From: Eledone cirrhosa
Lineage: Eukaryota
Direction: 5' to 3'
DNA length: 64,000 nt
Assembly (NCBI GenBank): GCA_964016885.1
Contig: OZ024742.1
Span: 263,128,001 to 263,192,000, forward strand
Every line of letters begins with the position of its first letter. Position 1 is the stretch's first letter. The translations under genes and the position numbers were made by a program. The notes beneath the pieces were generated by a model. The model had not been told where the DNA came from. It made no database searches and saw only the letters and a list, made by a program, of their open reading frames with translations. Below, one piece after another: positions 1 through 16,314 of this stretch.

Positions 1-95
1 CTTGTGTACAAATAAATAAATCATTATATAAAATTATATAAGTAAATAAATACGTATTGAAATATCCAGTTCTGCGTTTACAGATTGACTTTGTT

Positions 96-146
96 AGTTT
101 CAGAAGATCCCGTTAAGGGTGAAAGCAGCGATTCTTTGCTTAAACT
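96..146 (+). ncRNA. Type I hammerhead ribozyme, variant core CAGAAGA, at the 3' end of a PLE-like repeat
   Basis: Stem I AGTTT/AAACT; core CAGAAGA (U4A); stem II CCC-gttaa-GGG; GAAA; stem III AGCAG/TTGCT; CUU site. Same family inverted at 1511-1561 and ~23760-23810. Confidence 0.6.
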
Positions 147-166
147 TTAATCTGTTATCTTAATAA

Positions 167-1490
<1,324 letters not shown>

Positions 1491-2010
1491 TTATTAAAAT
1501 AACAGATTAAAGTTTAAGCAAAGAATCGCTGCTTTCGCCCTTAACGGGTACTTCTGAAACTAACAAAGTCAATCTGTAAACGCAGAACTGGATATTTCAA
1601 AAAACGTAGCAACCGGAGGAAGACAGGAAGACGATACTTTGGTTCGTGGTAACGTTCGCTGGCAAAGAACGGGAAAAAACGAATAATACGTCATTAATAG
1701 GAGCGGTGAAAAACAATTACGCGCAAAGACAAAACCACGTTTATGGTATAAAAGAGGTCGTAGACTAATGTTCTCTTAGGTGGTGCATAGAGACGTTCTC
1801 TGGCAATGAACGAAAAAACAATAAGTCATATGTGGAGCGTGGAGAACAATAGCACGCAAAGGACAAAACCACGTAAATGGTATAGCAGAAATCGTAGACT
1901 AAAATTCTAACTAGGAGACCAAATGAATCTCCGCTACAGAGTTAAGAACAAAGTAAATAAATACAATACAGAAGTAATAGGAACAAATAAATACATACAC
2001 GCCAACAGAT
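1491..2010 (-). mobile_element. Non-coding PLE-like 3' fragment with HHR (1511-1561) and ~135 bp internal duplication
   Basis: 1491-1600 is the reverse complement of 57-166; 1650-1780 resembles 1790-1915. Confidence 0.6.
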
Positions 2011-2024
2011 TTTATTATTATTAC

Positions 2025-2053
2025 TATATACATATATACATATATATATATAC

Positions 2054-2098
<45 letters not shown>

Positions 2099-2099
2099 C

Positions 2100-2146
<47 letters not shown>

Positions 2147-2246
2147 CATATTATATATATACATATATATATATACATATACATATATATATATACATAT
2201 ACATATATATATATACATATTTTTTATACATATATATATATATACA

Positions 2247-2293
<47 letters not shown>

Positions 2294-2354
2294 CATATTT
2301 TTATACATATATATATATATATATACATACATATATATATATATATACATATAT

Positions 2355-2407
<53 letters not shown>

Positions 2408-2408
2408 T

Positions 2409-2445
<37 letters not shown>

Positions 2446-2493
2446 CATACATACATATACATACATACATACATACATACATACATACATACA

Positions 2494-2572
<79 letters not shown>
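2025..2572. repeat. (TA)n/(TACA)n microsatellite
   Basis: Direct inspection. Confidence 0.97.
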
Positions 2573-2577
<5 letters not shown>

Positions 2578-2643
2578 GAAGAGAGAAGAAACATTTAGAT
2601 ATAATTAGTAATAAAATGTATCATACCTAAACTGCTCCTAAAT

Positions 2644-2731
2644 TCCTCGACTACGTAGTTTCGTGGCATAAACAAAAACAATATATGAAAGATATAGAGT
2701 CCCTGCGAGGTCTGCCGACTTATCAAGAGGA
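2644..2731 (-). ncRNA. Type I hammerhead ribozyme, U3-A8 core variant (TTGATAA), enlarged stem II
   Basis: Minus strand: TCCTC-TTGATAA-GTcGGCA...TGCCAC-GAAA-CTACGTAG-TC-GAGGA. Palindromic stem III ACTACGTAGT, GUC site. Confidence 0.75.
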
Positions 2732-3116
2732 TACCTCATTTTACTAGTCTCAAGAACGCGTCTACACGACGTGAGAAAGAATCCCAAAAGGCGGAGGGGG
2801 AGATAGTCACGCGATATAACGGTCGAGAAACAGAGCCAAGCCTCTTATAACCACGAAGAAAATACCACGGAGGCGGAGGGGGTATTCGTATCGAGGCCGT
2901 AGAAGAGGTAGTGAAGAAGGCGAGAAGTATGAGTAATGGAAGCTTTCCAGTTGTCCCCACACTTCAAACTGAATTGGTCTGTCCCAGTCATTCATTGAGC
3001 AACATCGGTGAAGTTGGCACCCTTAACTCACAGTTGGGTGCGGATGCATTCATGTATATATGTGTGTGTCCGCATGTATCTGTGTGTTTATAAATATATA
3101 TATATATATATATATA

Positions 3117-3759
3117 TGATGAGCTTTGGTTTTCCATCATAAATCCATCGGATTTATGAGGTTTTACAAAGCGAAACTGATCAGTAAGGGCCACTAGGAG
3201 AGGTAAATATTTATATTATATTTTTTAATGTATTTTGAAAAATTGATTGAATTTTACTTGTTCTGCTTATCTTAATATTAAAGTTCTGGTGTATCAAATT
3301 AACATCATTGAACAACCTTGAATCATAGACAACCTATGTATTTATAGGGGTACCTAGTATCCCTGGACATATTAACTTCTACCTTTTTCTCCGTCCGTTG
3401 AGAACAACCCTGTTGCTCTACTTGGCTGCTATTTTTTTAGTAGTAATTGTAGATAGCAAACTCTTTGATTTTCCCGCTTTTACTTCGGTCCAGTTTACAT
3501 ACGGGTCAATTTTACGACCTTTCAGACCTTTATTAGCTGGCAGGAGGTTGTATATTTTGTCGTTCCTGGGACGTTTAGCCCTAGGAAGGGAAAATGCTTC
3601 TCTGATGAGCTTTGGTTTTCCATCATAAATCCATCGGATTTATGAGGTTTTACAAAGCGAAACTGATCAGTAAGGGCCACTAGAAGAGGTAAATATTTAT
3701 ATTATATTTTTTAATGTATTTTGAAAAATTGATTGAATTTTACTTGTTCTGCTTATCTT

Positions 3760-3762
<3 letters not shown>
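3117..3762 (+). mobile_element. Non-autonomous PLE/retrozyme-like element with partial tandem direct repeat (period 486 bp)
   Basis: 3117-3276 is repeated at 3603-3762, the repeat contains an HHR, and both flanks are (TA)n. Confidence 0.75.
3598..3676 (+). ncRNA. Type I hammerhead ribozyme
   Basis: TTCT-CTGATGA-GCTTTG...CAAAGC-GAAA-CTGATCAG-TA-AGGG; palindromic stem III ACTGATCAGT. Confidence 0.85.
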
Positions 3763-3801
<39 letters not shown>

Positions 3802-3868
3802 AAAAACATGAGAAGAAAGAAGAATACTGCGTGGTTTACACTTGGGTTACATATGATAAAAATAGTCC

Positions 3869-3934
3869 TTCGTCAGTGATTTTCCAACCATCATTGGTAT
3901 TCTATCGCATTAAAAATCAGATACCTCAGGTTGG
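3869..3934 (-). ncRNA. Non-circularly permuted hammerhead, family A, mutated copy (GAAA reads AGAA)
   Basis: Same layout as 4393-4459, with perfect outer stem CCAACC/GGTTGG. Confidence 0.6.
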
Positions 3935-4392
3935 TGCGAGCAATAAAGAAAAAAAGTTATTGGGACCAGTAATCGCGTAAAGCGAGGGGGACAAGTAAAC
4001 AACATAGAAGGATAAAAACAAACCAAAGAAAGGGAATAAACAAGCAACATGGTAGTCCTGGTCAGCATAAGCTGGGTGGATTTCATGACCGTAAAGTAAA
4101 GACGTCCGACCTGAGTGAGATGTAAGCAAGAAGAGGCCCACTGTTAGCCAAACGGGTGGAAGTGAGAAGGGGGGAAACAGAGAGTGAGTGAGAGGAAGTG
4201 CGAGGAAGCAGTCAGTCGATAGAAAGTGTAACTGACAGAGGGGGCGAAAGAAGGGGGCGAAACAGAGAGAGCGGGGAAGCAGTAAGAGAGAAACAGACAA
4301 ACGCAGCTGAGGTCAATATATATAAAAAAACATGAGAAGAAAGAAGAATACTGCGTGGTTTGCACATGGGTTACATATGATAAAAATAGTCC

Positions 4393-4459
4393 TTCGTCAG
4401 TGATTTTTCCAACCATCATTGGTATTTCATCGCATTAAAAATCAGATACCTCAGGTTAG
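4393..4459 (-). ncRNA. Non-circularly permuted hammerhead with kink-turn, family A, intact core
   Basis: Minus strand: CTAACC-TGA-GGTA-TC^TGATTTTT-AATGCGA-T-GAAA-TACC-AATGAT-GGTTGG-AAAAATCA-CTGACGA-A. Confidence 0.75.
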
Positions 4460-4589
4460 TGCGAGCAATAATCTAAAAAAAGTAATTGGGACCAGTAATC
4501 GCGTAAAGCGAGGGGGACAAGTGAACAACATAGAAGGATATATATATATTATATATATATATACATATGTATATATATATATATATATA

Positions 4590-4758
4590 TAACGAAGGAA
4601 ATGTGGTAAGGAACCAGGTGGACCATAACGCACCAAAGTACTCAATACTTGAGGTAGTAGAGTGGGTAATAGGAACCAGTAAGACCCCGACAGCTGAGCT
4701 CAAGCCGTTTCGACGGCTAATTCTGGACTAGTCCAGAATTAGCCGTCGAAACGGTTCC

Positions 4759-4760
<2 letters not shown>
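4590..4760 (-). mobile_element. PLE-like 3' terminus folded back inside its HHR (perfect palindrome 4705-4754)
   Basis: 3' half of HHR (GAAACGGC-ttgagctca-GCTGTC-GGGGTC). Same family at 32579-32735 and 42821-42892. Confidence 0.7.
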
Positions 4761-4809
<49 letters not shown>

Positions 4810-4819
4810 CATATGTATA

Positions 4820-4854
<35 letters not shown>

Positions 4855-4892
4855 TATTATATATATATATATTATATATATATATACATATA

Positions 4893-4928
<36 letters not shown>

Positions 4929-4966
4929 CATATGTATACATATATATGTATATATATATACATATG

Positions 4967-4998
<32 letters not shown>

Positions 4999-5085
4999 TA
5001 TGTATATATTATATATATATATATACATATGTATATATATATATATATATATATACATATGTATATATATATATATATATATATA

Positions 5086-5170
<85 letters not shown>

Positions 5171-5171
5171 C

Positions 5172-5211
<40 letters not shown>

Positions 5212-5268
5212 GTATATATATATATATAATATATATACATATGTATATATATATATATATATATATAC

Positions 5269-5366
<98 letters not shown>

Positions 5367-5396
5367 GTATATATATATATATGTATATATATATAC

Positions 5397-5434
<38 letters not shown>

Positions 5435-5460
5435 GTATATATATATATATATATATATAC

Positions 5461-5553
<93 letters not shown>
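4761..5553. repeat. (TA)n microsatellite with CATATG variants
   Basis: Direct inspection. Confidence 0.97.
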
Positions 5554-5640
5554 CGTAGGTCCCGGGTTGAGTCGGGGATAACCACAGTAAGTAAGGTACT
5601 CAATACATGGCAGAGTAAAATTTTTTTATTTTATAGAAGG

Positions 5641-5691
5641 AGCTTCTACAGGACTAGTACTGTTTCATTAAGATGAAATCTTCAGGAAGCT
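5641..5691 (-). ncRNA. Type I hammerhead ribozyme near a PLE-like 3' end (element from ~5555)
   Basis: AGCTTC-CTGAAGA-tttcatcttaat-GAAA-CAG-tactagtc-CTG-TA-GAAGCT; stem II is weak. Confidence 0.75.
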
Positions 5692-6206
5692 GGGTGTCAT
5701 ATTAAGTTCTGGTATTTATACATTTAGGTAGTGGTAAGAGAGGGGTGGTGGAAGGGGGTTGGGGGGTTGGGGGGATGGTATTTAGGTACACAGGACCACT
5801 TCATGGCACAGGCCGTTTTTTCTTTGGGGAGTGGTCAATTAGCCAGAGTGCTTTTTGAAATAAATAAATAAGTAAATAAATAAATAAATGAATAAATAGA
5901 TAAAATAAATAAAATAAATAAAAAAAATAAATAAATAAAAATAAATATAAATAAATAAAAACCCCAAGAATAGTAATTCAACAGATATATAGTAGGGGAA
6001 TTTAGGTGGGTTGGTAATAGAAATTAAACATTTAACAAGACCGAATCATGGCACAGACTGGGGTGAGTGGTCAAGTTCACATACAAGCCACAGGTGGCCA
6101 GAGTGTTTTTGTAGGATGGAAAGAATAAAATATATTTACATACTCACAGCCACATACAAAAAACACTTACACACACATATATATACACACACATATTTAA
6201 ACACTT

Positions 6207-6309
<103 letters not shown>

Positions 6310-6706
6310 CACACCTACACATTCACACACATATACATACACATACACACATATATATATATACAAATATACACACACACACATATGTGTGCGTATACAC
6401 ATACACACACACACACCACACGCATACACATACACACACATATATATCTACACATACACACGTGCGCGTACACATACATATACATATACATATACATATA
6501 TATGTATACATATATATATATATACACACCCACATGTACGTATGTCTCTCTCGTGTAAACTATACTATACATACACATACATACATATGCACACACATAC
6601 ATACACATACATACACACACACACACAAACGCATACATTCACACATATATATACATATATACACATACACACACACATACCTATAAAATCTCATATATAT
6701 ATATAT

Positions 6707-6932
6707 ACGTTATTCCGGGTTGAATCGGAGGTAACCACAGTAAGTAAGGTACTCAATACATAGCAGAGTATAAAAGTTTTAATATAGATGAGATTCTACA
6801 GGACTAGAACTGTTTCATTCATTAGAAATCATCAGGAATCTGGGTATCAAAAAATACCATATTTATTTTTTGATACCCAGATTCCTGATGATTTCTAAAG
6901 AATGAAACAGTTCTAGTCCTGTAGAATCTCAT
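6707..6932. mobile_element. PLE-like 3' end with foldback (6788-6932) giving HHRs on both strands (6791-6841 minus, 6879-6929 plus)
   Basis: AGATTC-CTGATGA-tTTCtaaaGAAt-GAAA-CAG-ttctagtc-CTG-TA-GAATCT; terminus homologous to 5555-5640. Confidence 0.8.
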
Positions 6933-7720
6933 ATACATATATATATATATATATATACATACATATATACATACATATACATATATACATACACACACAT
7001 ACACATTTACAAGCAAACACGCATACATACACATACATACATACAAATAAGTACACATAAACGCATATGCACAAACACGCACTCGTTCGCACTCATACAT
7101 GTGTCTATAGTATAAAGGTAGTGGGACAAATTTTAATTTTAAATTTTAAAATTTTAAACTGGGCCTGATAGAGGATAAAATAATTAATGTCACTATTAAG
7201 TTATTAATATTATCATCAAGTAATTAATTACTATTTATTATTTATTACTTACTATTTACCATTCACTATTCGTTACCTATCTTTTATCCCTTATCTATTC
7301 ATTACCTAATCATTCACTCATAAATTAATAAATAAATGAATGAGTTAACTAACAAACAAACAAACAAACAAACAAACAGATAAACAAACAAACCAGTAAA
7401 TAAGTAAATAAATAAACAAATAAATAAATAAATGGATAAATAAATAAATAAGTAAATAAAGTAACTAAATAAATAAATAAATAAATAAATATACAGTTAA
7501 ATAGATAAATAAATCATGAACGTGTACGTGCAGCAGTTCATAACTGCGCGTATGCAAACATGAGCAGGTATATACGTGAATTTGTGTGTGCGGCCACGGA
7601 ACTTTACTGAGAGGCATACAACACAATATATAAGACCTGGAGGTGAGGAAAGAAGGTAATAATGAGAGATAGAGGGGAGGAAAGAGGGTAATAATGAGAG
7701 ATGGAGGGACGGGGGGAGGG

Positions 7721-8375
7721 TCAGTCGGGGGGCCGGGGGGGGGGTCTGTAGTTTTTGTAATTTGCATAGTTCTTGTGCATGCAGTTAGGGGAGTGTTCCG
7801 AGATCTTGTTGAGGAGAGGGCCTTTGGCGAATAGAATCTCATAGCTCTCGGAGATACAGAGGTCACAGCAATTATGGCCTCCCGTGTATGATCGCGCTCT
7901 CTGGAGTAGTCTCCATTGGGTCTTGAAGGGGATGGAGTTCCTTTTTAGGTGCCAGATGTGGGCGGCGAGTGTAGTCTGGTTAGATTTGTCCGGGCGCCGG
8001 AACGAATGTGTGTGGGCGTACCAGCGAGTCTTAAAACTATTAGAAGTCATCCCGATGTACGAGTTTTTTTTTTCATCGGGGCCTGAGAGTACATCGCATA
8101 TATACACGAGATCTTTTTTTAGACAGTTGTTGTTGAGAGGACAGGTCGTCTTATCAGGGCAATTGCAGTTGCTATCGGTTGCTGGATGGGCTTCGGAAAA
8201 AGTAGACTTATTTAGCTTCTTGATGTTGTTGTTGGCTAAGTTTCTAGGTAGATTAGGTGTGGTAGAGTAAGAGAGTCTAATGGTATTCTTATTAACATAT
8301 GTTGGGTGGGGAAGTGTTTTTGTAAGAGAGTGAAGAAAATGAAGAAAATTTTTGCTACAAAATTTTTGCTACAAA
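7721..8375 (-). pseudogene. 5'-truncated Naiad-type PLE: end of RT thumb, CNC-C-C motif and GIY-YIG endonuclease
   Basis: KHFP..NKNTIRLSYS..CNCPDKTTCPLNNNCL..LVY..YIG..FKTRWYAH..CDLC..LLNK..CMH; frameshift near 8295. Confidence 0.85.
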
Positions 8376-12837
<4,462 letters not shown>

Positions 12838-12968
12838 TAAATGTAGGAGGTGAGTTTTATTGTAGTACAATAAAGCAATGCAGATATCGGATAAGAAGCA
12901 CTCTACAGTTTGTGGGACTGGAGTATGCATAATATAAGATCAAAAGATGGTTAAAGGAGTTCAATATA

Positions 12969-13035
12969 TTTTATTATGCGCATTTCAAAAACAAACATCA
13001 TCAAACAATAATATTTGTGTTTTCATCAGATAAAA
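12969..13035 (-). ncRNA. Type I hammerhead ribozyme of the Naiad PLE (left arm)
   Basis: Reverse complement of 19770-19836. Confidence 0.85.
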
Positions 13036-14271
13036 CAGGAGAACATGATATGAAGGCCAAAAAAAACACTTGTTGATAGTGCAGTTTTAAATCAACATAT
13101 GAAAAGTGGTTTTAGATTGATGTGTGATATTGGGAAAAATATTTTATTTAGAGAGGGGGGGAGAGAAAAGGATGAAAAGGGAAGGAGATGAGAGGGAGAG
13201 ATGGGTGATAGAGAGAAAGAGATAGTTTTTATAACAGAGAGGAGATATATTTTATATAGAGGGGTTGAAAACCGTTGGAAGATACTGTATAAATTAAAAA
13301 TTTTGAAAATTAACGAAGGGAGGATATGTGCGAGGAAAAAATATATTATATTTAGGGAGGGGTGGGGGTGGAAAGGATGAAAAAAAGGGGAGGAGATGAG
13401 AGTGAAGGTGGAAAGGGAGAGATGGGTGATAGAGAGAAAGAGATAGTTTTTATAACTGAGAAAAAGATATAATGTTTTAATATAGAGAGGTTGGGAACCG
13501 TTGGAAGATAATGTATAAATTAAAGGAATTTGAAAATTAACGAAGGGAAATTATGTATGGAGATAGAGAGAAAAAAATAACGAAGGGAGATTATGTATGG
13601 AGATAGAGAGAAAAAAAAAAAATAATAATTGTGGGTGAATATTCAAAAGGAGAAATGTAGGAATTTTAAAATTAGCAAAGAGAAAAAGTTTATGTATAGG
13701 ATTTGAGAAAAATAATGTGAAGTTAGAGTTTTTATATTGAATTCATATGTATTAATAATGAGTTCGTTGATGGGGAGAAAAAAATAATAATAAATTAAGG
13801 ATGAAATTGAGATTAAAAAGATTTATGATAGAGAGAAAAAATAATAATGATTGCGGATGAATACTCAAAATGTCAAAAACAAATGTTATTGTTTTACGAG
13901 GAGATATAATGAGGGTGATGAGTAAACGGGTATTATAGAGTGTATAATGCCCTTTAAAGTAAGGTAGATGGGTATATTTTAAAGAATATATGAGTATATA
14001 TTAAAAAAAATATATAATAATAAATTAAGGATGAAATTGAGATTAAAAAGATTTATGATAGAGGGAAAAAAATAATAATGATTGCGGATGAATATTCAAA
14101 ATGTCAAAAACAAATGTTATTGTTTTACGAGAAGATAGGATGAGGTAAATGAGTAAACGAGTACTATAGAGTGTATAATGCCCTTTAAAGTAAGGTAGAT
14201 GGGTATATTTTAAAGAGGTGTATGTATATGTGCCTTTGAGAAAAGATTCTAAATTGATAAAGAATTGAATA

Positions 14272-16314
14272 TTAACTGTATACTTTGTGAAAAGTTCTAT
14301 GGAATTTATGCAGGCAGATGGAAAACAAATCCGAGCGTCTATTTATTATGGATTCTAGGTTAGAGATAATGGTAAATTTTTCATTTAGGCAGAGATTACA
14401 GATTTTAGATAGAGAACTGTTCAAGTACGAGGATGCAGAAGAAATCTTTTTCCAAAAGATGTTATATTTAATGTTTTTGTCTTTTAAGGACCATATGAGT
14501 TCTGAGAGAGCAGTGTTAGTTCTTTTAAGTTTGTATTTGAAAGATGAATGATGATTATAGAGACGAGCTTTAAAAGAGGTGGAAGTGGAGCCAAAATAGG
14601 TGAAGGAGTTGGTGCTAGTTATAATTTTACATTCATAAATTAAGTTTTTATCGAGGCAATGGTTGTTGAGAGGACATTTATTTTTAATGCGGCAGTTGCA
14701 ATTAGAGAGATTATTAATGAGTGATCTAGTGTTATCTATAGAAGGAATTGGATTGGAGAAGTTGTTTGCGATAGGAATAATAGGAATAATAGTTTCTTGA
14801 TTTAGAGTTGGATTATGAACATTTAGCGAAGTTGTGTTTGACGTTGCATTTGGGTTTACAGAAGTTAGCCTAGGGTTTACAATGACGTCAGGAGTACTAT
14901 TATTGTTATTATGAGATTCAATATTGGAAGGAAGAGATTTAGTATTTAATATTTTGTTGTTGTGTTTAGAAATGATGTTGGAAATATTGGAGGATGTAGA
15001 ATACGAAAATTTAATGGTGTGTTTGTTAAATATTTTACTATAGATATGTGAGGGAGGGAAGCATTTATTTAAGGCACTAAAAAATAATTTAGGAATATTG
15101 TTATTAATAGAGATGGAGAAAGGAGCATTATACCAGATTATGTTTTTGTATCTAGGTCTTTTATTAAAATTATTGGAATGGTTATGATTAAATATTCTAC
15201 TGTAAGTTTTCCTAGAATTTGTTTCTTTATTATATTTGATTTTATCTGGATAGCCGGCTTTAGAAAGTGCGTTATTATAGTAATTGGCGTTAGCATCAAA
15301 GATGTTTTTATTAGAAGATATGTTAGATATTCTATTTCCAATATTATTAACTATAGCATTCTTGATATTGGCAGGATGGTTAGATTTAAAGTTAACATAA
15401 TTAAGATTCTCATTGTTTTTATGGTAAGGGTAATATAGGCCAGTGTCAAGATTAAGAGATACATCCAAGAAATTAGCTAGTTTGGTACTATTATCAAATT
15501 CAATTTTTAGGTTATGTTGGTTAAAGAGATTACGTATATTGTTCTTAATAATATTAAGTTTAACTATATTGCAATTTAGGATAGTAAAGAGTCCATCGTC
15601 ACGATAAATTCCACCGCGAAGTTGAGGAATTTTCCGACTCAAAGAGTTCAAAATGAAGATACCAATTAAATCAGTCAATTGGGATGAATCGGATGCTCCC
15701 ATTGTGATGTCGAAGTTGTTAGAGGTATCGGCTCTGGTCCAATATTCGTTGTTGAACTCTAGGATGGTTTTACGTGCGGTGAGGATGATGTGAAGTTCAT
15801 CTGTGGTGATGTCAGAATATTTAAGTGCGAAAGATAGAGCATTATTGAGAAGTGAAGGCGAAATGGAGGAATAGTAGCTGGCAATATCGAATTGAATAAA
15901 TTTTAGTTTGTTTTTATTATCCAATTTGTTGAACCAGCCAATCACTTCAGAAGTACCAAACCATAAATTTAGGTTTAAAGAAGAGCAATTAGAACTAACC
16001 TGTGGGATAATCCTATCCAAGATGGCTTTACTAACAACCCCCAGATCAGATTTAGAGGGGGCGATTAATCTAACAGGTAGTTCAGTGCGAAAATTGTTTT
16101 TGTGATCCTTGAGATTTATCCTCGGAGTTCTTGGGAGGAATGGTTCGGTCTTTTTTTCAATGCCAAGTTTTGACATAATCTCATAGGCTTCAAGGTTTAT
16201 GCATTCTAAATTTTCATGGTTGGTTTTACGATACTTTTTCCTAAGTTCCTTTAGGATAAGGTTGTTATAATTATCCTTGGAAATACCATATAGGTTATTG
16301 GTTTTGTCGATCAT
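14272..16314 (-). CDS. PLE reverse transcriptase + GIY-YIG endonuclease (Naiad-type), 5'-truncated, uninterrupted
   Basis: DKTNNLY, LKDHK, FIQFDIASYY, FDITMG, YRDDG, FLDV, SNHP, CNCR..CPL..CL, LIY..YFG, CNLC, CLH. The start Met arises at the junction. Confidence 0.9.
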   Translation of the reverse strand: MIDKTNNLYGISKDNYNNLILKELRKKYRKTNHENLECINLEAYEIMSKLGIEKKTEPFLPRTPRINLKDHKNNFRTELPVRLIAPSKSDLGVVSKAILDRIIPQVSSNCSSLNLNLWFGTSEVIGWFNKLDNKNKLKFIQFDIASYYSSISPSLLNNALSFALKYSDITTDELHIILTARKTILEFNNEYWTRADTSNNFDITMGASDSSQLTDLIGIFILNSLSRKIPQLRGGIYRDDGLFTILNCNIVKLNIIKNNIRNLFNQHNLKIEFDNSTKLANFLDVSLNLDTGLYYPYHKNNENLNYVNFKSNHPANIKNAIVNNIGNRISNISSNKNIFDANANYYNNALSKAGYPDKIKYNKETNSRKTYSRIFNHNHSNNFNKRPRYKNIIWYNAPFSISINNNIPKLFFSALNKCFPPSHIYSKIFNKHTIKFSYSTSSNISNIISKHNNKILNTKSLPSNIESHNNNNSTPDVIVNPRLTSVNPNATSNTTSLNVHNPTLNQETIIPIIPIANNFSNPIPSIDNTRSLINNLSNCNCRIKNKCPLNNHCLDKNLIYECKIITSTNSFTYFGSTSTSFKARLYNHHSSFKYKLKRTNTALSELIWSLKDKNIKYNIFWKKISSASSYLNSSLSKICNLCLNEKFTIISNLESIINRRSDLFSICLHKFHRTFHKVYS

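Larger units (their letters stand above)
3801..4540 (-). mobile_element. Non-coding element family A with direct repeats (period 524 bp) carrying a rearranged hammerhead
   Basis: 3801-4014 repeated at 4324-4540, flanked by (TA)n, no ORF. Confidence 0.75.
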
